Notes under the pieces: model-generated | The model's input: only the letters and a program-made list of their open reading frames with translations | Database searches by the model: none | What the model was told of the DNA's origin: nothing | Position numbers and translations under genes: made by a program | Shown here: piece by piece, positions 29,202-38,423 of the stretch | How the letters are laid out: the number at the start of each line of letters is the position of its first letter | Position numbering within the stretch: the stretch's first letter is position 1 | IMG/VR virus record: IMGVR_UViG_3300043256_000348 | Location: 1-64,000 of that record | Length of the DNA: 64,000 nt | DNA from: a virus | Direction: 5' to 3' (one strand)

Positions 29202-29725
29202 ACCCGATAACCCAAAAAGCGTGGGATGTATTTCGAGCATCATTTCAGGATGGCGAGAGCGTTGTGGCCGAAGACGATGTGGGCCGGTTCTTCTACGGTA
29301 AGTTGCAAGCCGAAGAGGAGGGTATAACGTTGGTACGGCCCAGCAAATCGACGTTTCTTGAGTGGGATGAAATCGAGTTTATCGCTCACGATGGATTTCC
29401 TGTACAGCCAATTATGGGTATGAGTGCTGAAGAGGCAGAACTCCGAGCCAGCATGGAACCCACGGACATTGTAAGGGCAATGCTGGAGCAATCGATTGAC
29501 AGGCCACGCGAACGGAAAGTAAAGACGAAGGCAGTGCATTTCGGCGGCGGCTGCCCGTGGTTTGCCGGGCCGGTACGACTGTTAGCTATACATAACCGGC
29601 GAAACAGTGGCCCGAAGTTCTGGTGTTGGCCTTATGATTCATTAGGTGAGGTGATGGTATTCGGCTCTGGTGATGGCGCGGTGATGCATAGTTACGACTC
29701 AGAACACCTTTTCCTGGAAGTATAA
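29198..29725 (+). CDS. Hypothetical protein (lower GC)
   Basis: 175 aa ORF coupled to upstream GT. Confidence 0.55.
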   Translation: MNPITQKAWDVFRASFQDGESVVAEDDVGRFFYGKLQAEEEGITLVRPSKSTFLEWDEIEFIAHDGFPVQPIMGMSAEEAELRASMEPTDIVRAMLEQSIDRPRERKVKTKAVHFGGGCPWFAGPVRLLAIHNRRNSGPKFWCWPYDSLGEVMVFGSGDGAVMHSYDSEHLFLEV

Positions 29726-29728
29726 CCA

Positions 29729-30352
29729 ATGAGTCTCGTAATCCCCGACGAATGCCGAGATTTGATGGCTCGGCAAGTTACACAGTACCCGGACGACCTG
29801 GACTCGCCGGAAAAACTGGCGCAGGCCGAGCGGGACCTGTACTATTGCTGGCTGCCGGGGATGCCGAAGGCGGTACTCGACCTAGCGGGCGGACTCGGCC
29901 GGACGACGGTGTCGCTGCACAACTGGTACTGTTCGCCGCGAATCCACTACCACTTGGTTGACGGCGACAAGGTGTGCGAGAATCTTGTCGGGGGCTGGGA
30001 GCCGGAGCAGCAAGAGTGGTGCAACGACTTCGGCCTGACATGGAAGTTCCTGCGGGCGAACGGCCTGAAGGCCGGGCAAGTGTTCACGCACGACCTGACC
30101 GGGCCGCACGACTGCTTTGCAGAGATCCCGCCGGTAGACCTAGTGATTAGCACGCTTGCTGTCGGCTTCCACTGGCCGATCGAGCCGTGGCTGGAGCGGC
30201 TGCGGCCGGTGTGCCACGAAAACACGCGGCTGATCTTCGGCGTCCGCCACGGCAAGTACGGGCCTGAGAGCAGGTTCGATGGCTTTGAGTTCATGGGCTT
30301 CGCCGAGTCCGGATGGAAACAGGACTTCCTGGCGTTGAAGCTACGGCAATGA
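29729..30352 (+). CDS. Class I SAM methyltransferase
   Basis: VLDLAGGLGR motif I; DLVISTLAVGFHWP. Confidence 0.75.
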   Translation: MSLVIPDECRDLMARQVTQYPDDLDSPEKLAQAERDLYYCWLPGMPKAVLDLAGGLGRTTVSLHNWYCSPRIHYHLVDGDKVCENLVGGWEPEQQEWCNDFGLTWKFLRANGLKAGQVFTHDLTGPHDCFAEIPPVDLVISTLAVGFHWPIEPWLERLRPVCHENTRLIFGVRHGKYGPESRFDGFEFMGFAESGWKQDFLALKLRQ

Positions 30353-30705
30353 TTGCGATCCCAACGCAATTCGACGTGAAGAAAGACGACTGGTACGGGG
30401 AAAAACTCTTGCTACCGGATGGATCGCTCGTACTTTTACGTTTCCGCGGCTGGACTGTCGCAACTTCCTTTCCCGGCTGCCATTCATGCCTCGCATTGCA
30501 GTTGACCGGCCGGACCAACGCCTATCGCTACTGCGACGCAGGTGCCGAACACCTCCTATGTGTCAACGTGGCCCCCGGCGTCTGGCCCGCCCTGAAAATT
30601 AAATTCATAGAACGCAGCATGGGCTGGAATGCGTTCTGGACCTACGATGGTTCGCCGTTTCGCGCTGAAGTATACGAGCGGATTGACTTCGGCCGCCTGC
30701 TATGA
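30349..30705 (+). CDS. Hypothetical protein
   Basis: ATGA-coupled on both sides. Confidence 0.5.
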   Translation: MIAIPTQFDVKKDDWYGEKLLLPDGSLVLLRFRGWTVATSFPGCHSCLALQLTGRTNAYRYCDAGAEHLLCVNVAPGVWPALKIKFIERSMGWNAFWTYDGSPFRAEVYERIDFGRLL

Positions 30706-31949
30706 TATTTTTGTTTCATCCAAAGCCCTATCTGATCCAGCCCAACGCACAGGTGGGCCTCGGGCTGCTCTGCTTGGCGACCTACGCGAGGGAGCTTGGG
30801 GCCGAGGTCCGGGTGGTCAACGCGCAGGCGTGGACGATTGACCGGGCAGTGGAAGCGGTGCCGTCGGACGTGACTGTGTGCATGGGCGGCTGCCTGGTCG
30901 ACCGGCCAATCATCGACGATCTCTCAGCGAAGCTGCGGGCGAAGGGATGCTACGTCGTGGCCGGCGGGCCGGTGGCAGACGGCGAGGCCCTGGGGCCGAG
31001 GTGCGCGAGCCTGATCGTGCGGGGCGCAGGGGAGCCGTTCGTCCACCGGTACGTGCAGGAGGGCTGGCGGCCGAAGGGGCGGGTCAACTCACCCTACATC
31101 GTCGACTACGGGGCGTACCCGATCCCCGATCGTCGGCTGCTCGGCGGGCAGTTCGGCGGGAACATCTATCACCCGCGGTCGGGCAGGCAGACGCCGGTAT
31201 CGACCACGCTCCTGACGGCGAGGGGCTGCCGGTACTCGTGCGCCTTCTGCCGGTCGGGCTCCCGCCGCGAGTTCTACGAGTACCCCCGGTCGCGGATTAG
31301 GGCCGAGCTGGAACAGATCGTGGAGCTTGGTATCCGCGACGTGCGGCTGGCGGACGACAACCTGGCATCCGGCCAGTCGAGATTCGCACGCCTGTGTGAG
31401 TTGCTGGGACAGCATGGCATCCACTGGCGGGCGAGCCTACGTACCTATCCTAACGATGTGTCTCTGTACCGGACGATGGCCGAGAGCGGCTGCATAGAGG
31501 TGAGCCTCGGCGTCGAGAGCGCTGACCCCGCCGTGCTGAGGACGCTCCGGAAGGGCAGCCGCGTGGAATCGAACGAGCGGGCCGTGGCGAATGCTGTGGC
31601 CAGCGGAATCCCGCACGTCCGGGCCCTGATGATGATGAGCACGCCAGGGGAGACGGCCGAGACCCTCGACCTGAACAAGCGGTGGGCGGAAGCCCATCCC
31701 GAGGTGACGATCTGCCTAAGCGCCTTCGTGCCGTTCCCAGGCACGGCGATATTCCAATCGCCGGAGCGGTTCGGCTGCCGACTGGAAATGGACCTGGACA
31801 ACCTGAACTTCTTCGCATTCCAGGGCGACGGGGCTTTGCCAGGGGCTCATGTGGGTATAATAAATGGTATGAGCCGTGATGAGCTGACGCGGCAGTTGCG
31901 GGCTTTCCGGGGATTTCTCGAAGAGCGGGGACAGATCAATGAAGGATAA
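30702..31949 (+). CDS. B12-binding radical SAM protein
   Basis: LGLLCLATY and VAGGP (B12 domain); RGCRYSCAFC; LGVESAD; PFPGT. Confidence 0.92.
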   Translation: MIFLFHPKPYLIQPNAQVGLGLLCLATYARELGAEVRVVNAQAWTIDRAVEAVPSDVTVCMGGCLVDRPIIDDLSAKLRAKGCYVVAGGPVADGEALGPRCASLIVRGAGEPFVHRYVQEGWRPKGRVNSPYIVDYGAYPIPDRRLLGGQFGGNIYHPRSGRQTPVSTTLLTARGCRYSCAFCRSGSRREFYEYPRSRIRAELEQIVELGIRDVRLADDNLASGQSRFARLCELLGQHGIHWRASLRTYPNDVSLYRTMAESGCIEVSLGVESADPAVLRTLRKGSRVESNERAVANAVASGIPHVRALMMMSTPGETAETLDLNKRWAEAHPEVTICLSAFVPFPGTAIFQSPERFGCRLEMDLDNLNFFAFQGDGALPGAHVGIINGMSRDELTRQLRAFRGFLEERGQINEG

Positions 31950-32193
31950 CAGCGAGCAGCCGCCAGATCCTCTTGTGGACCGATTGGCTTGTGCCCTGAA
32001 ACGTGAATTGAATGTGTGGACTGAAACCGACAGCCGTATCCTTGAGGTGACCAAGGGAACGTGGCTACGGGCTCGCGTCGAATGCCGATTGGCATTGGAA
32101 GACTTGCGGACGGCAATTCGCAACGAATATCAACGCACTGCTATCGTCCTGGGTAAATGGCTTCTGGCTTTGTGGCGACGAAAGAAACCGTGA
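31939..32193 (+). CDS. Small hypothetical protein, paralog of 57551-57769
   Basis: ALKRELNVW...TKGTWLRARVECRLA. Confidence 0.7.
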   Translation: MKDNSEQPPDPLVDRLACALKRELNVWTETDSRILEVTKGTWLRARVECRLALEDLRTAIRNEYQRTAIVLGKWLLALWRRKKP

Positions 32194-32227
32194 ATCCAGG
32201 CGTTCCTTGAAGAGAGAGGACAGATCA

Positions 32228-32959
32228 ATGTCGGATAGGGAGCCGAAGTTTCAGGTTGGGGACCTTGTGCGTCACCGGGCGAGCGGTACGCCGGTCGTGA
32301 TCAGTCAGGTGCATACCGGATGCAAACTACATGGCTCCGGTACCGCCTCTTGTAGCGTAAACTGCGGGTCAGGCGCGTTCATTGGCTCCTATACGCTCCA
32401 TAGGGAATTCGGTGATTCATTTTCGTGTGACGAACTGCTCTTAGAATTAGCAGAGATAGACTCGCCGGAACCGTCCCCTAAACCAGAACCACCCAAGATA
32501 GAGGTTCTCAGGGAAGACCAGACGAGAGTGGAGGAGGCGGGCCCGCGTCAACACCTTCTTTCTGCGGACGATTGCCAGAGAATCCTAAATGAAGTCACCT
32601 GCACTATCGTGAGGCACGCCATTTCGGTAGAGCAGTTATTGCCATGGATAAGACTGGCAGGAAACATGCAGGACAGAGGCATACACGCCCGTACTGCCAG
32701 CGGACTGTTAAACAACGTGATTTCCGGAAGCCCACGCCATCGGGCCAGGGAGATTAAGAGCGAGTATCCTAAACCGGAGCCGCCGGAGAATGATGTTCTC
32801 AGAGAGGACCAAACAAAGGTGGCGAAACCGGAACCCCCTCCCAACCGCGACACGACACAAGGTAAGGTGCCGGAGCCTCCGCCGAACCGCGAAACACGCG
32901 AGGGCGATGTGCCGCCACCGGCAGATTTCGACCCTTACAGAATCCCGAAAGGGAAATGA
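32228..32959 (+). CDS. Hypothetical protein with YodC-like N-terminus and Pro-rich repeats
   Basis: KFQVGDLVRHRASG; repeats PKPEPPxxxVLREDQT and PEPPPNR. Confidence 0.6.
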   Translation: MSDREPKFQVGDLVRHRASGTPVVISQVHTGCKLHGSGTASCSVNCGSGAFIGSYTLHREFGDSFSCDELLLELAEIDSPEPSPKPEPPKIEVLREDQTRVEEAGPRQHLLSADDCQRILNEVTCTIVRHAISVEQLLPWIRLAGNMQDRGIHARTASGLLNNVISGSPRHRAREIKSEYPKPEPPENDVLREDQTKVAKPEPPPNRDTTQGKVPEPPPNRETREGDVPPPADFDPYRIPKGK

Positions 32960-32983
32960 TGCACGAGACATAAGGAATCCAAG

Positions 32984-33247
32984 ATGACTCCCAAGCAAGT
33001 ACACAACGAACTTGAGCTTATGCGCGGCGTTCGCAGTGAAGCCATCACAATCTGCGGCGTTGACGCTACCTTATTGCCCAAAGAAACTTTAATCCTGGCC
33101 TTGCAGGTCCAGGAAGACTCGCACAGGCAGCGACTTGATATGATGAAGAAATCGGCCGGGGTAGGCGGCATGTTGCACGCCGCCGCCCAGTTCGCTAAAG
33201 ACGGGAGGTTGCTTGATGCACGAGAACTGCAAGCTGATCTTCCTTGA
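32984..33247 (+). CDS. Hypothetical protein
   Basis: RBS TAAGGA; flanked by TGATGCACGAGA direct repeats. Confidence 0.5.
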   Translation: MTPKQVHNELELMRGVRSEAITICGVDATLLPKETLILALQVQEDSHRQRLDMMKKSAGVGGMLHAAAQFAKDGRLLDARELQADLP

Positions 33248-33356
33248 CCGCTGCCTCGGCTGTTTCCTGCCGGGGATGTTTATGCTTGCCCCCGGCGACT
33301 GGCGGGGACCGGACACGGTGCATGTTGACTCCCTGCTGATTGCGAGGAAGCCATGA
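33216..33356 (+). pseudogene. Possible internally deleted methyltransferase remnant (46 aa)
   Basis: RBS GGAGG; MHENCKLIF...PGM start and DSLLIARKP end resemble termini of class I methyltransferases (from recall). Confidence 0.3.
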
Positions 33357-33826
33357 GATTCGTCTTCGGTTGGTTGTCATGCCTGCTCGGTCTGCACCGG
33401 AAGGTCTACTGGTCGCCGGAAGACTGTGAACGTGAGCGAGCCATGGGCGGCATGTGTACGCCCTGGTCATGTTCACGTTGCGGCCACCAATCACAGATAT
33501 TCCGTTATCCTCTGTGCCCGCCTCGGCCTGGACGGGAAGCCATGAGTGATTCAGTCGGTGACCGGATCGTTGAGGGGCTGCAAGACTTCACCGAAACTCT
33601 GAAGTGCTACAGAGGAGAATCGCTGGAGAAATTGTATTCCATTATCGCCATCCACCCATTGGCCGTCGGCATTCATACATATCCGCATGCCGACAAGAAC
33701 AACCAACGTATCCACGCAGGTTGCGAAGAGCTTGAGCGGCAGGGCAGGATCTACCGCAAGACTGACGAGCCGAATCACTGCTTCTGGCTGCCGACAAAAC
33801 AAGAGGACACTACCGATGGCGACTGA
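33353..33826 (+). CDS. Hypothetical protein, possibly two fused cassettes (second start 33542)
   Basis: GGAAGCCATGAG occurs at both 33346 and 33535, with in-frame ATGs. Confidence 0.45.
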   Translation: MRFVFGWLSCLLGLHRKVYWSPEDCERERAMGGMCTPWSCSRCGHQSQIFRYPLCPPRPGREAMSDSVGDRIVEGLQDFTETLKCYRGESLEKLYSIIAIHPLAVGIHTYPHADKNNQRIHAGCEELERQGRIYRKTDEPNHCFWLPTKQEDTTDGD

Positions 33827-34778
33827 CATCCGACTCGCCTTCGTGTTCAACCCCGACAACCCGTACCTCTGCGGCAAGCGATACCAGGTGAACTTCCGCA
33901 AGTGGTTCCTGGAGGCGCTGCCACGTGCCGAGGGTCTGCGGGTGGACTTCATCACCAACGCCCAGCGGCTGGACTTGCAGCCCGTGTCCAAGCTGTACGA
34001 CGCCTGGCTCTTCTTCGACGCGATGGAGTGGGGCCTGCCGCCTGTGCTCACCGGGGTCGATAAGATCAAGGCCGTGAAGGTCTGCCACATCGGGGACGCG
34101 CACGGCGTCAACAAGCTATCGAAGGCGTTCGGCGGCACGAAGCTGGACTGCTGCCAGCGGTTCGGCTTCGACTACTACTTCTTCCAGCACTCGCCGAGCT
34201 ACTTTTACCGGCACTACCCGGCCGACTTCCGCTACTGGTGGATTCCGATGGGGGTGGACGCGGAGCTGTACCGCGAGGTCAAGCCGTGGAGCGAGCGGCG
34301 GTTCGATAAGGTGCTGCTGACCGGCTGCCTTGGGTCGGAGTATTATCCACTGCGAACGCGGCTCGCCGATCACCCAATGGTCCGCTATGAGAAGCCCGGA
34401 TCGTACAGCGGGTGGGACAGCTACGCACCGGGCAAGTGGGACGAGGATCGGTACAAGCTGCTGCTGGAAGAGTGGGGGGCATCGATCGCGTCCGGCTATT
34501 CCGTGGTGAATAAGTATTTCGAGATACCGGCTGCGGGGTGTTTGACGTTCGCGCACATCGACGGGGACAACGGATGCGGCGTGATAGAATTCGATCCGGA
34601 CGAAGTGGTGCTGGTCAACAACGCGACGGCCGACGCGAAGATTGCTGAGTTCTTGGAGAGGCCGGCTGATCCGAAGTGGAACGTCCGGGCCGCCCTCGGC
34701 CGAAACTACGTGATGGAAAACTTTTGCCACGACAAGACCGTGCAGATGCTTGTCGAGAAACTGAGGGAGGCGTTATGA
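33816..34778 (+). CDS. Glycosyltransferase (CgeB/Glyco_trans_1_2-like)
   Basis: VLLTG...YYPLR; VNKYFEIPAAGCL. Confidence 0.8.
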   Translation: MATDIRLAFVFNPDNPYLCGKRYQVNFRKWFLEALPRAEGLRVDFITNAQRLDLQPVSKLYDAWLFFDAMEWGLPPVLTGVDKIKAVKVCHIGDAHGVNKLSKAFGGTKLDCCQRFGFDYYFFQHSPSYFYRHYPADFRYWWIPMGVDAELYREVKPWSERRFDKVLLTGCLGSEYYPLRTRLADHPMVRYEKPGSYSGWDSYAPGKWDEDRYKLLLEEWGASIASGYSVVNKYFEIPAAGCLTFAHIDGDNGCGVIEFDPDEVVLVNNATADAKIAEFLERPADPKWNVRAALGRNYVMENFCHDKTVQMLVEKLREAL

Positions 34779-35791
34779 GAATCCTAGTCTTGTGCCCACA
34801 ACCGCTTTGGGGCAGCCGATTATCCGCCAGTCGCCGGCACGACGTGAAGGCCCTGGAGCGACGGCCCGACGTGACGCTGAAGATGTCCGGCTACGGCTGG
34901 CCGGACTGGCAACAAAACGACACTGCCCTGGCGAACGTGCGGCGGATCATGCGCGACGCGGACTGCGTGTACACCTATAAAATCGGAGGCAACCCCCGCA
35001 AGGGAGTGCCGGCGGCGAACGATCCCGGCAGTATAGCGGACGGCTACCTCGTTGTCCAGAAATGGCAGGAAATGTGGTGGACCGGCACGGGGCCGAACGA
35101 TCCGGAGCCGGCGTGGAAGCAGGCTGTCGCCGAGCGTGTCGGCTTGGCGATTCTATCCCACGCGAACGACGTGCCCCGGATGATGGAGGCTGCCAAGCGG
35201 GGCGTGCAGGTCGCGGTGATCCCCCACGCCGCCGAGCCCCAGGTGTTCGCCCAAGCAGCACAGGAATGGCCCGGCCGCAAGATCGACGTGCTGTTGACGG
35301 GGAGCATCGGCGAGAACCACTACCCCCTGCGGGGCCGCTGGCAGAAGCTCATGCAGGACGGCAGGCTGCCGGGGGCGTGCTACCAGCATCCGCACCCGGG
35401 CTACTGGTTCAACGGCGAGCAGCAGGCCGAGGCCCGGGTCCGCGACTACGCACAGAACCTCGGCAAGTCGAAGATCGTGCTGGGCTGCACGAGCCGCCAC
35501 AGGTATGAACTGGCCCGCTTCCCGGAGGCCGCGATGGCGGGGGCCATCCACGTCTCGGACATGCCGGAGATTCCGCTGAAGGGATACGAGGATTTCATCG
35601 TGCCGGTCGAGGCTGACTGGTCGGACGAGCGACTGATCCAGACGGTGGCCGACCTTCTGGCGGACAAGCAAAAACTGAGCGTGATGAGCGAGCGGGCGCA
35701 GGCCACTGCCCGGCAGTCGTTCACTTGGGAAAAGTGGGCTGATCGATTCGTGGACGCGGTGAAGCGAACACTAGGAGGACCCAATGGCTAA
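34775..35791 (+). CDS. Glycosyltransferase (CgeB/Glyco_trans_1_2-like)
   Basis: IDVLLTG...HYPLR; SKIVLGCTS; RFPEAAMAG. Confidence 0.8.
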   Translation: MRILVLCPQPLWGSRLSASRRHDVKALERRPDVTLKMSGYGWPDWQQNDTALANVRRIMRDADCVYTYKIGGNPRKGVPAANDPGSIADGYLVVQKWQEMWWTGTGPNDPEPAWKQAVAERVGLAILSHANDVPRMMEAAKRGVQVAVIPHAAEPQVFAQAAQEWPGRKIDVLLTGSIGENHYPLRGRWQKLMQDGRLPGACYQHPHPGYWFNGEQQAEARVRDYAQNLGKSKIVLGCTSRHRYELARFPEAAMAGAIHVSDMPEIPLKGYEDFIVPVEADWSDERLIQTVADLLADKQKLSVMSERAQATARQSFTWEKWADRFVDAVKRTLGGPNG

Positions 35792-36143
35792 CCAGCTTAA
35801 AGACTGGAAAGACGACTACGATTGGAAGAATGCGTTTTCCATGGCCGTCGATGGGATAGAGTGCCCTTATGACGTTCGTGGTCCGATCGAAAACGTCCGG
35901 CGGGTTATTGCCTGTGATGAGGGGGAAAACGACGGCGCTGAGTGGATTGCTGTTGTAGAATGGAGCGATGGCAAATTCGCCGTGATGGCCGCTGGCTGCG
36001 ACTACACGGGATGGGACTGCCAGGCCGGGGGAACTATCGAGTTCTACGATAGCGAGGAAGTCGCGTTGGTCGAACTAACGCCCGAACAAGCTGCTCGCTT
36101 AGGCGTGCCCCACGATGCCAATAAAGGAGGACCCGATGCCTGA
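35784..36143 (+). CDS. Hypothetical acidic phage protein
   Basis: RBS AGGAGG; GCDYTGWDCQAGG. Confidence 0.65.
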   Translation: MANQLKDWKDDYDWKNAFSMAVDGIECPYDVRGPIENVRRVIACDEGENDGAEWIAVVEWSDGKFAVMAAGCDYTGWDCQAGGTIEFYDSEEVALVELTPEQAARLGVPHDANKGGPDA

Positions 36144-36543
36144 CCAACTGCAAGCCGGCTCGGAGCTTGTGGCGCGCGTCGCGGTAGAGGTCATGGGCTA
36201 TGAGTGGTGCCCACCTTACACGCCTCGCATCGGCGGGCAGAATCCGCCGTATCATCCTGGCGGTGCATGGAAGCTACCAGACGGGTCATATCGAATCAGC
36301 TTTCGGCCGGACCTGTACTGGTCGGCTGCGGGGGAAGTGCTGGAGAAATTACGAGAGATGTGGACCGAGGCGACCAACGGCGCGAGTGGTTTTGATGACG
36401 ACTTTCCAAAACCCTTCGATGATGGTGCGTTCTTCAATTCGCTGCATCGGCACGCGGATCGGCGATGGCCGTGGGCGTTCTTGTACGCGACGCCCCTGGC
36501 AATCTGCCGGGCGGCCCTGGCTGCCGTGGAGGCAAAGCAATGA
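36136..36543 (+). CDS. Phage ABA sandwich domain-like protein
   Basis: AAGEVLEKL...TPLAICRAALAA signature. Confidence 0.7.
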   Translation: MPDQLQAGSELVARVAVEVMGYEWCPPYTPRIGGQNPPYHPGGAWKLPDGSYRISFRPDLYWSAAGEVLEKLREMWTEATNGASGFDDDFPKPFDDGAFFNSLHRHADRRWPWAFLYATPLAICRAALAAVEAKQ

Positions 36544-37490
36544 GAATCCTCTACCTCAGCAGCCAGCGATGGTATGAGCAGAAGATGGACCGCACTCGCG
36601 TTCTGAATGTCGAGGCCGTACGCAGGCAGCCGAGCGTCAACCTGCACATCTGGGGCAACGGCTGGCCAGATTACGTCGAGGGCGAACTACTGGAGCAAAA
36701 CATCCGCCGCAGGGGCATTGAGTATCCCGACCTTGTGTGGTGCTTCAAGGCGAACGAGCACAAAGGCGTGGCTGAGTTCCCACGGCCGAAAGCCATCGAG
36801 CTAAACGACTGCTACGACGCCAAGATTGCTGACGAGGTACGGGCTGCCGCCCCGTCGCTTGTCGTCTACCACCACGAGAACGACTGGCAATCGGAGAACA
36901 TGAGGGACGGAGCCCGACCGGGGTGTGATTTCATCCACGTTCCGCACTGCGCAGACAAGGCCGTTTTCTACCGCGAGGGCGACTGGGACCGGCCGATCGA
37001 CTGCCTCTTCGCCGGCGCGCTTCACGAGACGATCTACCCGCTCCGCTCGCGGTACGTGCAGCTCATCAAGGGCGGCGCGATTCCAGGCGAGGTCCGCCGC
37101 TTCCCAGGACACCGGACGCGAACTGCCGGTGAGGGGGAGGCCCAGCACCACAGTTTCTCGAACCACCTGCGGCGGTCGAAGGTGGCCCTCTGCTGCTCCT
37201 CGACTTACAAGTACGCCCTAAGCAAGTACGTCGAGGCCATCGCGGCTGGATGCGTGGTGGTGGGCGATATGCCAGACGACCAGTTGTTCCGGGACACGCT
37301 AGGGCGGGCACTCGTTGAGGTGAACAACAGCATGGCAGACGACCAGATCATGCGAATCGTGAAGGAAACACTGGCCGATCCGGCCGAGCTAGAACGGCGA
37401 CGGGAGTTCGGATACGCCGAGTACCTAGCCGCCTACACTACGGAGCACTGGGCTCGCCGGTTTCTGGAGGCTGCCAGTCGAGTCGTTTGA
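36540..37490 (+). CDS. Glycosyltransferase (CgeB/Glyco_trans_1_2-like)
   Basis: IDCLFAG...IYPLR; SKVALCCSS; KYVEAIAAGC. Confidence 0.8.
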   Translation: MRILYLSSQRWYEQKMDRTRVLNVEAVRRQPSVNLHIWGNGWPDYVEGELLEQNIRRRGIEYPDLVWCFKANEHKGVAEFPRPKAIELNDCYDAKIADEVRAAAPSLVVYHHENDWQSENMRDGARPGCDFIHVPHCADKAVFYREGDWDRPIDCLFAGALHETIYPLRSRYVQLIKGGAIPGEVRRFPGHRTRTAGEGEAQHHSFSNHLRRSKVALCCSSTYKYALSKYVEAIAAGCVVVGDMPDDQLFRDTLGRALVEVNNSMADDQIMRIVKETLADPAELERRREFGYAEYLAAYTTEHWARRFLEAASRVV

Positions 37491-37713
37491 TGTGCTCGAC
37501 CATCTTCGGCTCCCGCTTTACTATCGCGAGAACCTCCGGCCGGCTGAAGTGCCGCCCCATGATCCATAGCGGCTCGTCAACCAGCTCCTGCAATTCAGAG
37601 TCAGGCATTTCTGTCTTGAGAGTGCCGCACCGGGGGCACCAGAATACGCGGCGTGCGTCCCCGGTCGGCACGCCGACGTTCTGTAAAGTATGGTCGCAAA
37701 TCGAACAGGCCAT
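37438..37713 (-). CDS. Small zinc-ribbon protein
   Basis: CSIC...WCPRCG. Confidence 0.6.
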   Translation of the reverse strand: MACSICDHTLQNVGVPTGDARRVFWCPRCGTLKTEMPDSELQELVDEPLWIMGRHFSRPEVLAIVKREPKMVEHIKRLDWQPPETGEPSAP

Positions 37714-37714
37714 G

Positions 37715-37954
37715 TCATTTCTCCTTCGCCTTGGTGGCTTGCTGATCTTTCCACGCGGCGGTCCGCTCAACACACTCGTCGCAGTAGTATCGCTGGAAGC
37801 ATCCCCGGCTCTGGAGCCAGTGCGCAACGGCGGTCTTGCACCGGCTGCACATCGCAGTGCGGTGCTCGTAGCCGCGTCCGTAGCCCCCCCTGCTGAATGT
37901 CCGCACCAAAGGCCGGGCGAAGCGCTTCACAGGATTTGTTACTACGAGGGCCAC
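37715..37954 (-). CDS. Small zinc-finger protein
   Basis: GTG start after GGAGGAG; CSRC...YCDEC. Confidence 0.5.
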   Translation of the reverse strand: MALVVTNPVKRFARPLVRTFSRGGYGRGYEHRTAMCSRCKTAVAHWLQSRGCFQRYYCDECVERTAAWKDQQATKAKEK

Positions 37955-37955
37955 G

Positions 37956-38423
37956 TCACTCCTCCGCCTTGACTGTTTCACTAGCTCGCCAGTCGCCGGG
38001 AGGGCGGTAGTCACGGACTTCGTCTGCGGTTAGTCCGCCATCCCTGGACAATGCCGCGTCCAGTAGCTTCCACTCGTCATTGCCCATTTCTCCCTTCCAT
38101 GAGTCCCACCAGCGAAACCACTTCCAGTAGTCCGGGCTCGCTCCACCCTTGTCGTCAATCGGTTCTTCCACCCCGAACCGCACGCATTGACGTACGGCTT
38201 GGTGCTGTTGCTCACGGGCCGTAACGATGGAGCTGTCTATGCCCGCGTGGTGCTCGGCGGGGATACGACCGTCCCCCATGTCGTGGTTCATTCGCCAGAT
38301 GAATCCACCGATATAGTCAATCATCATGTAGAGTTCAATCTCCGGTCCGTTCATGATCTTCTCAGTAAAGTCGGGTTCCTTGAACATCGCAACCGCCTTT
38401 CTGTTTAGTTCAGGCCACTTCAC
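37956..38423 (-). CDS. Hypothetical protein
   Basis: 155 aa ORF, Trp-rich YWKWFRWWDSW. Confidence 0.6.
   Translation of the reverse strand: MKWPELNRKAVAMFKEPDFTEKIMNGPEIELYMMIDYIGGFIWRMNHDMGDGRIPAEHHAGIDSSIVTAREQQHQAVRQCVRFGVEEPIDDKGGASPDYWKWFRWWDSWKGEMGNDEWKLLDAALSRDGGLTADEVRDYRPPGDWRASETVKAEE

Noticed and set aside
10332-37490. Host O-antigen/capsule locus adjoining a prophage
   Set aside because: No wzx/wzy/wzm/wzt or initiating transferase; interleaved with phage-type genes (SNF2+MTase, ABA sandwich, Ntn peptidase) and flanked by phage modules on both sides
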